From an uncultured Chloroflexia bacterium (GTDB taxonomy: Bacteria > Chloroflexota > Limnocylindria > Limnocylindrales > CSP1-4): a stretch of 64,000 bases of DNA. Within the stretch, counting starts at the first letter, position 1. Every line of letters begins with the position of its first letter. The translations under genes and the position numbers were made by a program. The notes under the pieces are model-generated. The model saw only the letters and a list, made by a program, of their open reading frames with translations. It ran no database searches and was not told the origin of the DNA. Below, piece after piece: positions 28,246 through 36,963 of the stretch. The stretch lies in contig CAVPPB010000003.1 in assembly GCA_963707215.1 (NCBI GenBank), positions 1,568,001 to 1,632,000 of the forward strand. Direction: 5' to 3'.

Positions 28246-29406
28246 ATGCGGGCAGGCGACCTCGACCTCCGGATCGGGACGCTCGATCCGGGACCCCTCG
28301 ACGCCATCACCGACGTCCCGGGGCTCCGGGTCGGCCACGCCACGATCGTCCGCGGCGACGGCCCCCTCGTCCCCGGTGAGGGGCCGGTGCGGACGGGCGT
28401 CACGGTGCTCATCCCCCACGACGGCGATCCCTGGCTGGAGCCGGTCTTCGCCGGCTGCCACCGCCTCAACGGCGACGGCGAGCTGACCGGGCTGGAGTGG
28501 ATCCGCGAGGCCGGCCTGCTGAGCGGCCCGATCGGGCTGACGAACACCCACAGCGTCGGCGTCGTCCGGGACGCGCTCATCGTCGATGCCGTGGCGTCGC
28601 ATGAGCAGGGCGCCCCGATCTGGTCGCTGCCGGTCGTCGGCGAGACCTACGACGGTGCCCTCAACGACATCGACGGCTTCCACGTCACCCCGGCCCACGT
28701 CGCCGAGGCCCTCCGGGCGGCCTCGTCCGGACCGGTGGCCGAGGGCGGGGTCGGTGGCGGGACCGGCATGGTCTGCCACGGCTTCAAGGGCGGCATCGGG
28801 ACGGCGTCGCGGCTGGCGCCCGGCCCCGACGGACCGTGGGTCGTCGGGGTCCTGGTCCAGGCCAACTACGGCAGCCGCGAGCAGCTCCGGATCGACGGCG
28901 TGCCGGTCGGGCGGGAGATCCCCCGGTCCGAGCTGCCGAGCCCCTGGGACCAGGCGACCGAGGTCCGGCGCCGGCTTCGCGGCCGCGAGGGGGCGGGCTC
29001 GATCATCGTCATCGTGGCGACGGACGCTCCGCTGCTCCCGCACCAGTGCGCGCGCCTGGCCCAGCGGCCGTCGCTGGCCCTCGGCCGGATGGGCAGCATC
29101 GCCTCGACCGGTTCCGGGGACCTGTTCCTGGCCTTCGCGACCGGCAACCGGCTGCGGGCCGGGGACGGGGCACCCGGCGACCCGGACGACGAAACCCCTA
29201 CCGTCACGGACGTCCGGATGGTCGGCGAGGGAGCGATCGACGGGCTCTTCGCCGCCACGGTCGAAGCCACCGAGGCGGCCATCGTCAACGCCCTGGTCGC
29301 CGCCGAGACGATGGAGGGTCGGGACGGCATCACCGCCCACGCACTCCCCCACGACCGGCTGGCGCAGGTCATGGCGGCCCACGGGCGCCCGCTCGGCGGC
29401 GGCTGA
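28246..29406 (+). CDS. dmpA: DmpA/P1 (S58) family aminopeptidase
   Basis: AITDVPG..VGH, RTGVT, EG.VGGGTGM, KGGIGTASR, GSIIVIVATDAP cleavage site, SGD..LAF.T. Confidence 0.9.
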   Translation: MRAGDLDLRIGTLDPGPLDAITDVPGLRVGHATIVRGDGPLVPGEGPVRTGVTVLIPHDGDPWLEPVFAGCHRLNGDGELTGLEWIREAGLLSGPIGLTNTHSVGVVRDALIVDAVASHEQGAPIWSLPVVGETYDGALNDIDGFHVTPAHVAEALRAASSGPVAEGGVGGGTGMVCHGFKGGIGTASRLAPGPDGPWVVGVLVQANYGSREQLRIDGVPVGREIPRSELPSPWDQATEVRRRLRGREGAGSIIVIVATDAPLLPHQCARLAQRPSLALGRMGSIASTGSGDLFLAFATGNRLRAGDGAPGDPDDETPTVTDVRMVGEGAIDGLFAATVEATEAAIVNALVAAETMEGRDGITAHALPHDRLAQVMAAHGRPLGGG

Positions 29407-29415
29407 GGTCCGCCT

Positions 29416-30261
29416 GTGGCGGTGCCGACCATCCGGCCGCTGACGCCGGACGACTTCGGGTCGGTCGACCGGATCCTCGCGGCCAGCGGGGAGGGGGTCG
29501 CGGACGCGAGCGGGCAGTGGCCGTACCTGGAGCTGATCGAGGCCTGCGGTCGGGCGCTGGTGGCCGAGCTCGACGACCGCATCGTCGGGTTCGCGGCGAC
29601 CGTGCCGTCCGGCCGGATCACCCATGTCAGCGACCTGTTCGTCGACCCCGGTCACCAGGGGACCGGAATCGGAAGCCGGCTGCTGGCCGAGGTCCTGGGC
29701 GACGCCTGGCCGCGGACCACGTTCAGCTCCGCCGACCCGCGAGCCCTGCCGCTCTACGTCCGCAACGGCCTGCGACCCGGTTGGCCCGGCTGCTACGTCG
29801 TCGGGTCGGCCGAGGCACTGCCGCAGCCGGCTGCCGGGCTGACGACGGAGCCGTTGGTCGCTTCCGCGATGACCGAGGTCGAGCGGCGGATCGCCGGCGT
29901 CGACCGGGCGGTCCTCCACGCCCACGAGGCCCGCGAGGCCGGCTCGCTCCACCTCGCGGTCCGCGCCGGCGACCGGATCGTCGCGGCCGGGCACGCCCGG
30001 GATGCCCGCAAGGACCCGGGTCGCTGGCTCGATCGCCTCGTCGTCGACCCGGCCGCCGACCCGGTGGAGGCTGTCGTGGCGGCGCTGGCCGCTGCCGCCG
30101 TCCCCGGCCGCCAGGTGGGGACCTGCGTGCCCGGCCCCCATCCGGCGCTCGCGGTCCTGCTGGAAGCCGGCTTCCGGATCATCGATCGCGACGTCTATTG
30201 CGAAAGCGAGCCGGGCCTCGTCGACCCGGCTCGCTCGCTGCCGGACCCGGCGCTGCTCTAG
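29416..30261 (+). CDS. GNAT-family acetyltransferase (two-domain)
   Basis: LFVDP.HQGTGIGSRLL acetyl-CoA motif, ALPLY.R.G. Confidence 0.82.
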   Translation: MAVPTIRPLTPDDFGSVDRILAASGEGVADASGQWPYLELIEACGRALVAELDDRIVGFAATVPSGRITHVSDLFVDPGHQGTGIGSRLLAEVLGDAWPRTTFSSADPRALPLYVRNGLRPGWPGCYVVGSAEALPQPAAGLTTEPLVASAMTEVERRIAGVDRAVLHAHEAREAGSLHLAVRAGDRIVAAGHARDARKDPGRWLDRLVVDPAADPVEAVVAALAAAAVPGRQVGTCVPGPHPALAVLLEAGFRIIDRDVYCESEPGLVDPARSLPDPALL

Positions 30262-30304
30262 GCGCGCCGGCCCGCGGCGCCCGCAGCTCGGCGCCCGCGG
30301 CGCG

Positions 30305-31162
30305 TCATCCGCCGGCGGACCGCTCGATCGGCACGCCGACCATGCTCCCCCACTCGGTCCAGCTTCCGTCGTAGTTGCGGACCCGCGGGTAGCCGAGCAG
30401 CTCGTGGAGGACGAACCAGGTGTGCGACGAGCGCTCGCCGATGCGGCAGTACGCGATGACGTCCCTGTCCGCCTTGACGCCCTTCGCCCCGTAGAGATCG
30501 CGGAGCTCGTCGGCGCTCTTGAAGCGACCATCCTCCGCGACGGCCTGGGCCCACGGGATCGAGGCTGCGCCCGGGATGTGGCCGGCCCGCTGGGCCGTCT
30601 CGCTCATGCCGGGTGGGGCGATGACCTCGCCGGCGAACTCGGCCGGGCTGCGGACGTCGACGAGGACGAGGTTGGGATCGCCGAGTCTCGGCAGGATGTC
30701 GTCGCGGAAGGCCCGCGTCGAGAAGTCGGCCGGCGGCAGCTCGTAGGCGGTCTCCGGGTAGGTCGGGGCATCGACCGAGAGCGCGAGCCCGCGGTCAAGC
30801 CAGTAGCGGCGCCCGCCATCGAGGATGCGCACGTCCTTGTGCCCGTAGAGTCGCAGCTGCCAGTACGCCCAGGCGGCGAACCAGTTGTTGTTGTCGCCGT
30901 ACAGGACGACGGTCGTCTCCGGCCCGATGCCACTCTTCGACAGGAGCCGGCCCAGGTCCTCGCGGCTGGCGATGTCGCGACGGATCCCGTCCGACAGCTG
31001 GCTCGTCCAGTCCCAGCCGATGGCGCCGGGGATGTGGCTCTGGTCATAGGCCGTCGTGTCGACATCGACCTCGACGAAGCGGACCGAGGGATGGTCGAGA
31101 TGCTCGAGCGCCCAGTCGGCGCTGACGAGGGCCCGATCGTGGCCGGTGATCTTGGCGGTCAT
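30305..31162 (-). CDS. Thiosulfate sulfurtransferase (tandem rhodanese, CysA/SseA type)
   Basis: HIPGA twice, LDGG, CRIGER active loop, NYDGSWTEWG. Confidence 0.93.
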   Translation of the reverse strand: MTAKITGHDRALVSADWALEHLDHPSVRFVEVDVDTTAYDQSHIPGAIGWDWTSQLSDGIRRDIASREDLGRLLSKSGIGPETTVVLYGDNNNWFAAWAYWQLRLYGHKDVRILDGGRRYWLDRGLALSVDAPTYPETAYELPPADFSTRAFRDDILPRLGDPNLVLVDVRSPAEFAGEVIAPPGMSETAQRAGHIPGAASIPWAQAVAEDGRFKSADELRDLYGAKGVKADRDVIAYCRIGERSSHTWFVLHELLGYPRVRNYDGSWTEWGSMVGVPIERSAGG

Positions 31163-31225
31163 GGGATCTCCTTCGCGGGTGGTGGCCGTGCGCCACCGGT
31201 GCGGGGACGTCGAGGGGATCGGGGG

Positions 31226-31309
31226 TCAGGGGCGTCGGCGGGTCCTGCGAGCGGGGTCGCGGACCCGCCAGGGACACGCGCAGCGGCCCACCGGACGTCG
31301 CTCAACCAT
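31226..31309 (-). CDS. Putative Cys-containing leader peptide MVERRPVGRCACPWRVRDPARRTRRRP
   Basis: ATG overlaps the end of the upstream gene; GRCxC motif shared with the sORF at 9432-9482; precedes the sulfurtransferase. Confidence 0.55.
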   Translation of the reverse strand: MVERRPVGRCACPWRVRDPARRTRRRP

Positions 31310-31757
31310 CGCCGGTCGGTCGGTCCCGGCGGCTGAAATCCAGGAGCACTTCCCGGCAGGCGTCCTCGGCGCGCCGGGCCTGGCCGACGATCCAGGGATC
31401 CACTCGCGAGCTGTCCTCGATGGCGACCGTGGCCCCGTACGGGCCATCCTCGACGACGATCCCGGAGGCGTTCCGGTAGTCGGCCATCCAGTTCGCCTGG
31501 AGCTGGAGCACGACGTCGGTGACGACGGCTACCGGGAAGTGCCAGTCGAGCCAGGCCGCGTCCAGGCGGGCCGCGACGTCGGCCAACCGCACCGGGTCGC
31601 CCCGCTCGAGACGGGCCAGGAGGTCGATGACCCGGAGGGTCGTGAACGGGTCCCCCGACTCGGCGACCGTCGGCGGCTGGATGGACGGGTCCGGCAGGCC
31701 GGCCGGCGCCTCTCGAAGGACGAGACGACCGATCTCCAGAGGCGGGACGTCGGTCAC
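31302..31757 (-). CDS. Hypothetical protein (possible winged-helix fold)
   Basis: GC3-rich protein-like ORF; first gene downstream of a degenerate Rrf2 operator. Confidence 0.7.
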   Translation of the reverse strand: MTDVPPLEIGRLVLREAPAGLPDPSIQPPTVAESGDPFTTLRVIDLLARLERGDPVRLADVAARLDAAWLDWHFPVAVVTDVVLQLQANWMADYRNASGIVVEDGPYGATVAIEDSSRVDPWIVGQARRAEDACREVLLDFSRRDRPTGDG

Positions 31758-31765
31758 GGCGGCTG

Positions 31766-31790
31766 AACTCCTACTAATCCGATAGGGATA
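31766..31790. promoter_or_regulatory. Degenerate Rrf2-type operator
   Basis: Minus strand TATCCCTAT-N7-GTAGGAGTT, 6/9 match per half-site to AATCCCGAC-N7-GTCGGGATT; just downstream of a TATCCT -10 box in a locally AT-rich patch. Confidence 0.6.
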
Positions 31791-31859
31791 GGTGAGGATA
31801 GCACGGGCCCCGGGATCCGCCCGAACGGCCCGCCCCTGATCGCCGGGTCCGGGTCATCG

Positions 31860-32786
31860 CTATGGCAGGAGCTGACGAAGGGCGAAGACGACGTTGGCCG
31901 GACGCTCGGCCAGCCGACGCATGTACCAGGGGTACCAGGCGTCGCCGTAGGCGATCAGATCGAGGACCCGGTAGCCGTCCCGGGCGAGGCGCCGCTGCTG
32001 GTCGACCCGGATGCCGTAGAGCATCTGGATCTCGAAGCTCGTCCGGGGCAGGCCCAGGGCGCGGGCGTGAGCGGCGACCTGCTCGATGAGGCCGACGTCG
32101 TGGGTCCCCAGGGCGACGCGGACCCGCTGCGTGCGCGCCGCCTCGAGCATCGTCACGGCCAGGGCCAGGTAGTTGGCATCGACGGCCCGGCGATCCCGGT
32201 AGGCGATCGTCGCCGGCTCGTCATAGGCGCCCTTCACCAGACGGATCGACGGCTCGATCGGCAGGAGCCGCTGAACGTCATCGGCGGTCCGCCGGAGGTA
32301 GGCCTGGAGGCAGAGGCCGACGTTGGGATGGGCACGCTTGAGGCGCTCGTAGAAGGCGATCGTCCGCTCGACGTAGGCGCTGCCCTCCATGTCGATCCAG
32401 AGCTCACGACCGAGCTCCGCCGACCGGGCTGCCAGCCCGGCCGAGTGCTCGAAGGCTCGCTCCTCGTCGAGGTCGAAGCCGAGCTGGGTCAGCTTCACCG
32501 AGGCCTCCCCGTCGATCCGCCGGGCCGACAGATCGTCCAGGAGCCCGAGGTAGTGGGCGGCCACACCGTCGGCATCGCCGATCGACTCCAGGTTCTCGCC
32601 GAGCCGGGTGAACAGGGTCTGGATGCCGTCCCGTCCGAACGCTTCGGCCGCCACGAGGGCGGCCTCCACGTCCTCGCCGGGCATGAACCGCCGGACGGCG
32701 CGGCGGACGAAGACCAACCGAGGCAGGCGCTCCTGGAGCCAGGGGTTCCGGGCGGCCCACAGGAGGACGGTTCGCATCGGTCGCAT
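31860..32786 (-). CDS. Monofunctional proline dehydrogenase
   Basis: RRF..GE, LGE, SVKLTQLG, IDME, LQAYL.RT, RLVKGAY.E, THD, QMLYG, WYPWYMRRLAERPAN. Confidence 0.93.
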   Translation of the reverse strand: MRPMRTVLLWAARNPWLQERLPRLVFVRRAVRRFMPGEDVEAALVAAEAFGRDGIQTLFTRLGENLESIGDADGVAAHYLGLLDDLSARRIDGEASVKLTQLGFDLDEERAFEHSAGLAARSAELGRELWIDMEGSAYVERTIAFYERLKRAHPNVGLCLQAYLRRTADDVQRLLPIEPSIRLVKGAYDEPATIAYRDRRAVDANYLALAVTMLEAARTQRVRVALGTHDVGLIEQVAAHARALGLPRTSFEIQMLYGIRVDQQRRLARDGYRVLDLIAYGDAWYPWYMRRLAERPANVVFALRQLLP

Positions 32787-32849
32787 GGACGGCATCGTAG
32801 CGCCGGCCGGACCGTCGGGAGGGCGCCGGGCGAGCGCTACCATCGTCCG

Positions 32850-33686
32850 ATGGACGACCGTGACGAGGCCCGCGCCGCGATCCGGGCCCGCTTCGCCCGG
32901 GAGCTGGCGGCCCCCGAGCCGGAGATCGCCCTGGCCCGGACCGTCCTGCTCATCGCCGCCCACGAGCGCCCGGAGCTCGACCCGGCACCGTCGCTCACCG
33001 CGCTCGACACCTACGCCGAGCGGGCGCGCGTCCATGGCGATGAGACCGACCCGCCGGAACGACGCCTGGCGACGCTTCATGACGTCCTCTACCGGGACAT
33101 CGGGTTCCGTGCGCCCACGGCGACCGAGTCGGGCGATCCCGACCACAGCCTCCTCGACCGGGTCATCGAGCGACGGATCGGCCTCCCGATCAGCCTGGCC
33201 GTGGTCGAGCTCGAGGTCGCCGACCGCGTCGGGCTGACGCTCTGGGGCGTCGGCCTGCCGGGCCACTTCGTCCTGGGCGGACCCGAAGGGCTGCTGGTCG
33301 ATCCCGCGGGAGGTGGCCGGCGGCTGACCCCGGACGACTGCCAGGCGCTGATCCGCCGGGCGCTCGGTGAGCGCGTCCTGTTCCACTCGGGGATGCTGCG
33401 CCCCGTCGGGTCCCGGGGGATCGTCGCCAGGATCCTGCGGAACCTGCGCGCGGCCTGCCTCGCTCGGCGCGACTGGCCTGCGGCGCTGGCGGCGCTCGAC
33501 CTGCTGGCGATAGCGGAGCCCACCGACCCCGCCCACGGGCGCGACCGGGGCCTGCTCCTGGGTCGGCTGGGACGCCTGACCGAGGGGATCGAGCTCCTCC
33601 GCCGCTATCTCGACGAGCAGCCCGACGCGGCAGACGCCGACGAGGTCGGCCAGGTCGTCGCCATCTTCGTCGGCCGTCGCAACTGA
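32850..33686 (+). CDS. SirB1/transglutaminase-like protein with C-terminal TPR
   Basis: SLLDRVIERRIGLPISL, GVGLPGHF, VDP..GG, RILRNL, RDRGLL. Confidence 0.88.
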   Translation: MDDRDEARAAIRARFARELAAPEPEIALARTVLLIAAHERPELDPAPSLTALDTYAERARVHGDETDPPERRLATLHDVLYRDIGFRAPTATESGDPDHSLLDRVIERRIGLPISLAVVELEVADRVGLTLWGVGLPGHFVLGGPEGLLVDPAGGGRRLTPDDCQALIRRALGERVLFHSGMLRPVGSRGIVARILRNLRAACLARRDWPAALAALDLLAIAEPTDPAHGRDRGLLLGRLGRLTEGIELLRRYLDEQPDAADADEVGQVVAIFVGRRN

Positions 33687-33729
33687 ACCGCGGCCGAGGC
33701 CCGTCCCCGACGGACGCGACCGGGGGCCG

Positions 33730-35427
33730 TCAGCGCGCTCGACCGGGCCACTGGATGGAGCCGACGACACGTCCCAGCAGGCGCCGGATCCCCCGTCGGT
33801 CGGCGCGGGCGGCGGCGAGCCGACGGGTCGCCCGGGTTCCGTAGAGGACGCGCAGGGCGGCCCGGAAGCCGTCGCCCAGGTCACGGTCGTAGGGATGCCA
33901 CCACGCCGGCCGGTACCACCCCGGCGCCACGCCGATGGACTTCGGCCGGACGCACTCCAGGAGCCCGTAGCGGGAGCGCCCGACGCCGAACCCGGACGCC
34001 TTGCGACCGGTCCAGCCGACCTGGCTGATCCCGTACGTGGAGAGGTGGTCGTTGACCAGGACCGATCCGACGTCGAGACACTCGGCGATCCGGGATGCGC
34101 GGGCCGCATCGCGACTCCAGACCGACGCTGACAGGCCGAACGGCGAGTCGTCGACCAGGCGGGGCACGTCGGCCTCGTCCTCGAAGCGCTCGACGACGAT
34201 GACCGGGCCGAACAGCTCCTCGTGCCAGAGGCGGGCGGCGGGCGGGACGTCGGCGAGGACCGTGGCCGGCAGGTACCCGACGGCCGTCGGCTCGGCGCCA
34301 TCGAGGCGGCCCGTGTCGGCCCCGCCGGTGACCACTCGGGCCCCCCGGTCGACCGCGTCGGCCACGAGCTCGACGACCGTGTCGCGACTTACCGCGTTGG
34401 CCATCGCGCCCAACTGGGTCGATGGGTCAAGGGGGTCGCCCGGCCTCAGGGCGCGGGTGCGTTCCGCCAGTCGTTCCTCGAAGCGGTCGGCGATCCGGGC
34501 ATCGACGTAGACCCGCTTGATGGAACCGCAGGTCTGGCCGGCATGCCCGAAGCCGGCCCAGGCGGCGCCAGCGGCCGCGCGATCGATGTCAGCGTCGCGC
34601 AGCACGACCATGGCGTCCTTGCCGCCGAGCTCCAGGACGACCGGCTTGGGGTAGCCGGGCGCCCGGGCGGCTAGCTCCATGACCCGGCGGCCGACCGGCT
34701 CGGAGCCGGTGAAGAAGACCTTCTCGATGCCGTGGGCCTGGACGAGTGCCTCGCCGACCGCGGCGCCACCGTGGACGATGCCGACGGCCTCCTCCGGCAC
34801 GCCGGCTTCGACGAGCAGGTCGCGGAAGGCCTGGCCGAGCAACGGGGTGTGGGAGCTGGGCTTGTAGACGATGGCGTTGCCGGCGGCCAGCCCGAACAGG
34901 ACGGGCCCCGAGGCTACCGAGAGCGGGTAGTTCCAGGGCGCGATGACCCCCAGCACGCCGTACGGCTCCAGGACGATCCGATGCCGCCGACCCAGCAGCA
35001 GGATCCGCTGTGGGGTCCCCGGGTCGATCGATCGCAGGTGGCGCTCGGCGTGGCCCTCCAGCCACTGGCAGGTGTCGAGGACGACGGCAAGCTCCATCGG
35101 GACCGCCTCGACGATCGTCTTGCCGGTCTCGAGTGACGAGAGCCGGGCGAGCTCGTCGATCCGCTCGACGAGGAGCTCCCGGACCCGCCGGATGACGCGG
35201 AGGCGATCCCGGATCGGGCGGGCGGCCCAGGCCGGCCAGGCGGCCACGGCCCGGTCGACGACGGTCTGGACACCCTCCGGAGCGTCGGCAGGCACCGAGC
35301 CGACGACGCGCCCGAAGGCCTTGTCGCGGCTGACCAGGACCGCCGGATCCGGGCCAGCGCGGCCGTCAAGGATCGTCAGGTCGGGCTCGGGATCGTGGGG
35401 CGGCGGGATGGGGGCGCTGGCGACCAT
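33730..35427 (-). CDS. Aldehyde dehydrogenase family protein
   Basis: PWNYP, FTGS, LELGGKD, GQTC, EELFGP, GLSASVW. Confidence 0.93.
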   Translation of the reverse strand: MVASAPIPPPHDPEPDLTILDGRAGPDPAVLVSRDKAFGRVVGSVPADAPEGVQTVVDRAVAAWPAWAARPIRDRLRVIRRVRELLVERIDELARLSSLETGKTIVEAVPMELAVVLDTCQWLEGHAERHLRSIDPGTPQRILLLGRRHRIVLEPYGVLGVIAPWNYPLSVASGPVLFGLAAGNAIVYKPSSHTPLLGQAFRDLLVEAGVPEEAVGIVHGGAAVGEALVQAHGIEKVFFTGSEPVGRRVMELAARAPGYPKPVVLELGGKDAMVVLRDADIDRAAAGAAWAGFGHAGQTCGSIKRVYVDARIADRFEERLAERTRALRPGDPLDPSTQLGAMANAVSRDTVVELVADAVDRGARVVTGGADTGRLDGAEPTAVGYLPATVLADVPPAARLWHEELFGPVIVVERFEDEADVPRLVDDSPFGLSASVWSRDAARASRIAECLDVGSVLVNDHLSTYGISQVGWTGRKASGFGVGRSRYGLLECVRPKSIGVAPGWYRPAWWHPYDRDLGDGFRAALRVLYGTRATRRLAAARADRRGIRRLLGRVVGSIQWPGRAR

Positions 35428-35549
35428 GGGGCCACAGCGTAGCCGACCGCGAGCGACCGCTTCGTCCCGGACCCGACCCGGGTTCGTGACGACTTCTTCA
35501 TCGACCGGCCACGGTCCCTGAACGTCGGTCCGTCAGGATCGACGACACC

Positions 35550-36911
35550 ATGGACCCGCACGCCGACACCGACCTCGCCGCCGATCGTGGCGCCGGACCG
35601 ACCGACGCTCCCACGCCGCCGCCTGCCGCGACCGATCGCAGCCGGCCCGGCGCCAGGCCCGTGGTGCGACGCCTGGCCTCCGGCGCCCTGGTGGTCGTCC
35701 TCGTGGCCGGGATCTTCGGCGCCGGGGTCGCGGTCGATCGGACGGGCGTCCTGGGCGGGCCCGCATCCGACGCCGTCCCGGTGGACGCCACCGACTTCGC
35801 CCTCATCCGCGAGGCCTGGGACGATCTCCACGCGAAGTACGTCGGTGCGGCGGACCTGCGATCGCGCTACCTCGCCTACGCGGCGATCGAGGGCCTGACC
35901 GAGGCCGTCGACGACCCCGGCCATACCGGGTTCCTGACGCCCGAGGAACGCGAACAGCGGCGCCAGGCCCTGTCCGGTTCCTTCGTGGGTGTCGGCATCC
36001 AGGTGGACACGCGACCCGACGGCGTCACGGTCGTCGGCGTCTTCCGGGGCAGTCCGGCTGAGGCGGCCGGACTGCGGCGTGGCGATCGGATCACGGCGGT
36101 CGATGGCACGACGATCGAGGCTGATGCGATCGACCGCGTGGTCGAGCTCGTCCGCGGCGAGGCGGGATCGGACGTCACCCTGACCCTGGAGCGTGCCGGG
36201 GCGAGCGAGCCGCTGGTGACCACGGTGGAGCGAGCGGAGATCGACCTGCCCGCCGTCTCGTGGGCGCCCGTTCCCGGGACGTCGATCGCCATGCTCCGGC
36301 TCGAGCAGTTCTCATCGGGCTCGGCCGGACAGCTGAAGGACGCCCTCGGCGAGATCCTGTCGACCGAGCCGGGCGGGATCGTCCTGGACCTTCGGGGCAA
36401 CCCCGGCGGCTACATCAACGAGGCTGTGGCGGTCGCGAGCCAGTTCCTCGACGATGGCGTGGTCCACCTGTCCCGCGATGCGGCCGGCGGCGTGACACCG
36501 ACCGCGGTCGAGCCCGGCGGCGTCGCGGCGGACGTCCCGGTCATCGTCCTCGTCGACGAGGGATCCGCCAGCTCGGCCGAGATCGTCACCGGTGCCCTGC
36601 AGGACGCCGGGCGGGCCACGGTCGTCGGTCGTCGCACCTTCGGGACCGGGACGGTCGTCTCGGAGGTCCCGCTGGCGGACGGCTCGGCGCTCCGCATCGG
36701 GGTCATCGAATGGCTGACCCCGGACGGCCGGTCGATCTGGCGGACGGGTCTTGCGCCCGACCGCTCGGTGGCCCTGCCCGCCGGCGCCGCCCCGCTCGTT
36801 CCCGAAGACCTGGCCGCGATGGGCCCGCACGCGCTCATCCGCAGCGGCGACACCCAGCTCCTGACGGCGCTCGAGCTGCTGGGCGCCGATCTGCCCGAGC
36901 CGGCTTCCTAG
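35550..36911 (+). CDS. S41 C-terminal processing peptidase with PDZ domain
   Basis: N-terminal TM, GVGI PDZ motif, LDLRGNPGG, SASSAEI, TFGTG (usually TFGKG). Confidence 0.9.
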   Translation: MDPHADTDLAADRGAGPTDAPTPPPAATDRSRPGARPVVRRLASGALVVVLVAGIFGAGVAVDRTGVLGGPASDAVPVDATDFALIREAWDDLHAKYVGAADLRSRYLAYAAIEGLTEAVDDPGHTGFLTPEEREQRRQALSGSFVGVGIQVDTRPDGVTVVGVFRGSPAEAAGLRRGDRITAVDGTTIEADAIDRVVELVRGEAGSDVTLTLERAGASEPLVTTVERAEIDLPAVSWAPVPGTSIAMLRLEQFSSGSAGQLKDALGEILSTEPGGIVLDLRGNPGGYINEAVAVASQFLDDGVVHLSRDAAGGVTPTAVEPGGVAADVPVIVLVDEGSASSAEIVTGALQDAGRATVVGRRTFGTGTVVSEVPLADGSALRIGVIEWLTPDGRSIWRTGLAPDRSVALPAGAAPLVPEDLAAMGPHALIRSGDTQLLTALELLGADLPEPAS

Positions 36912-36963
36912 GCCGGCCGGCGCGAAGAGCCGGGTTCGCGAGTCGCCGGCCGATGCGGTCCGC

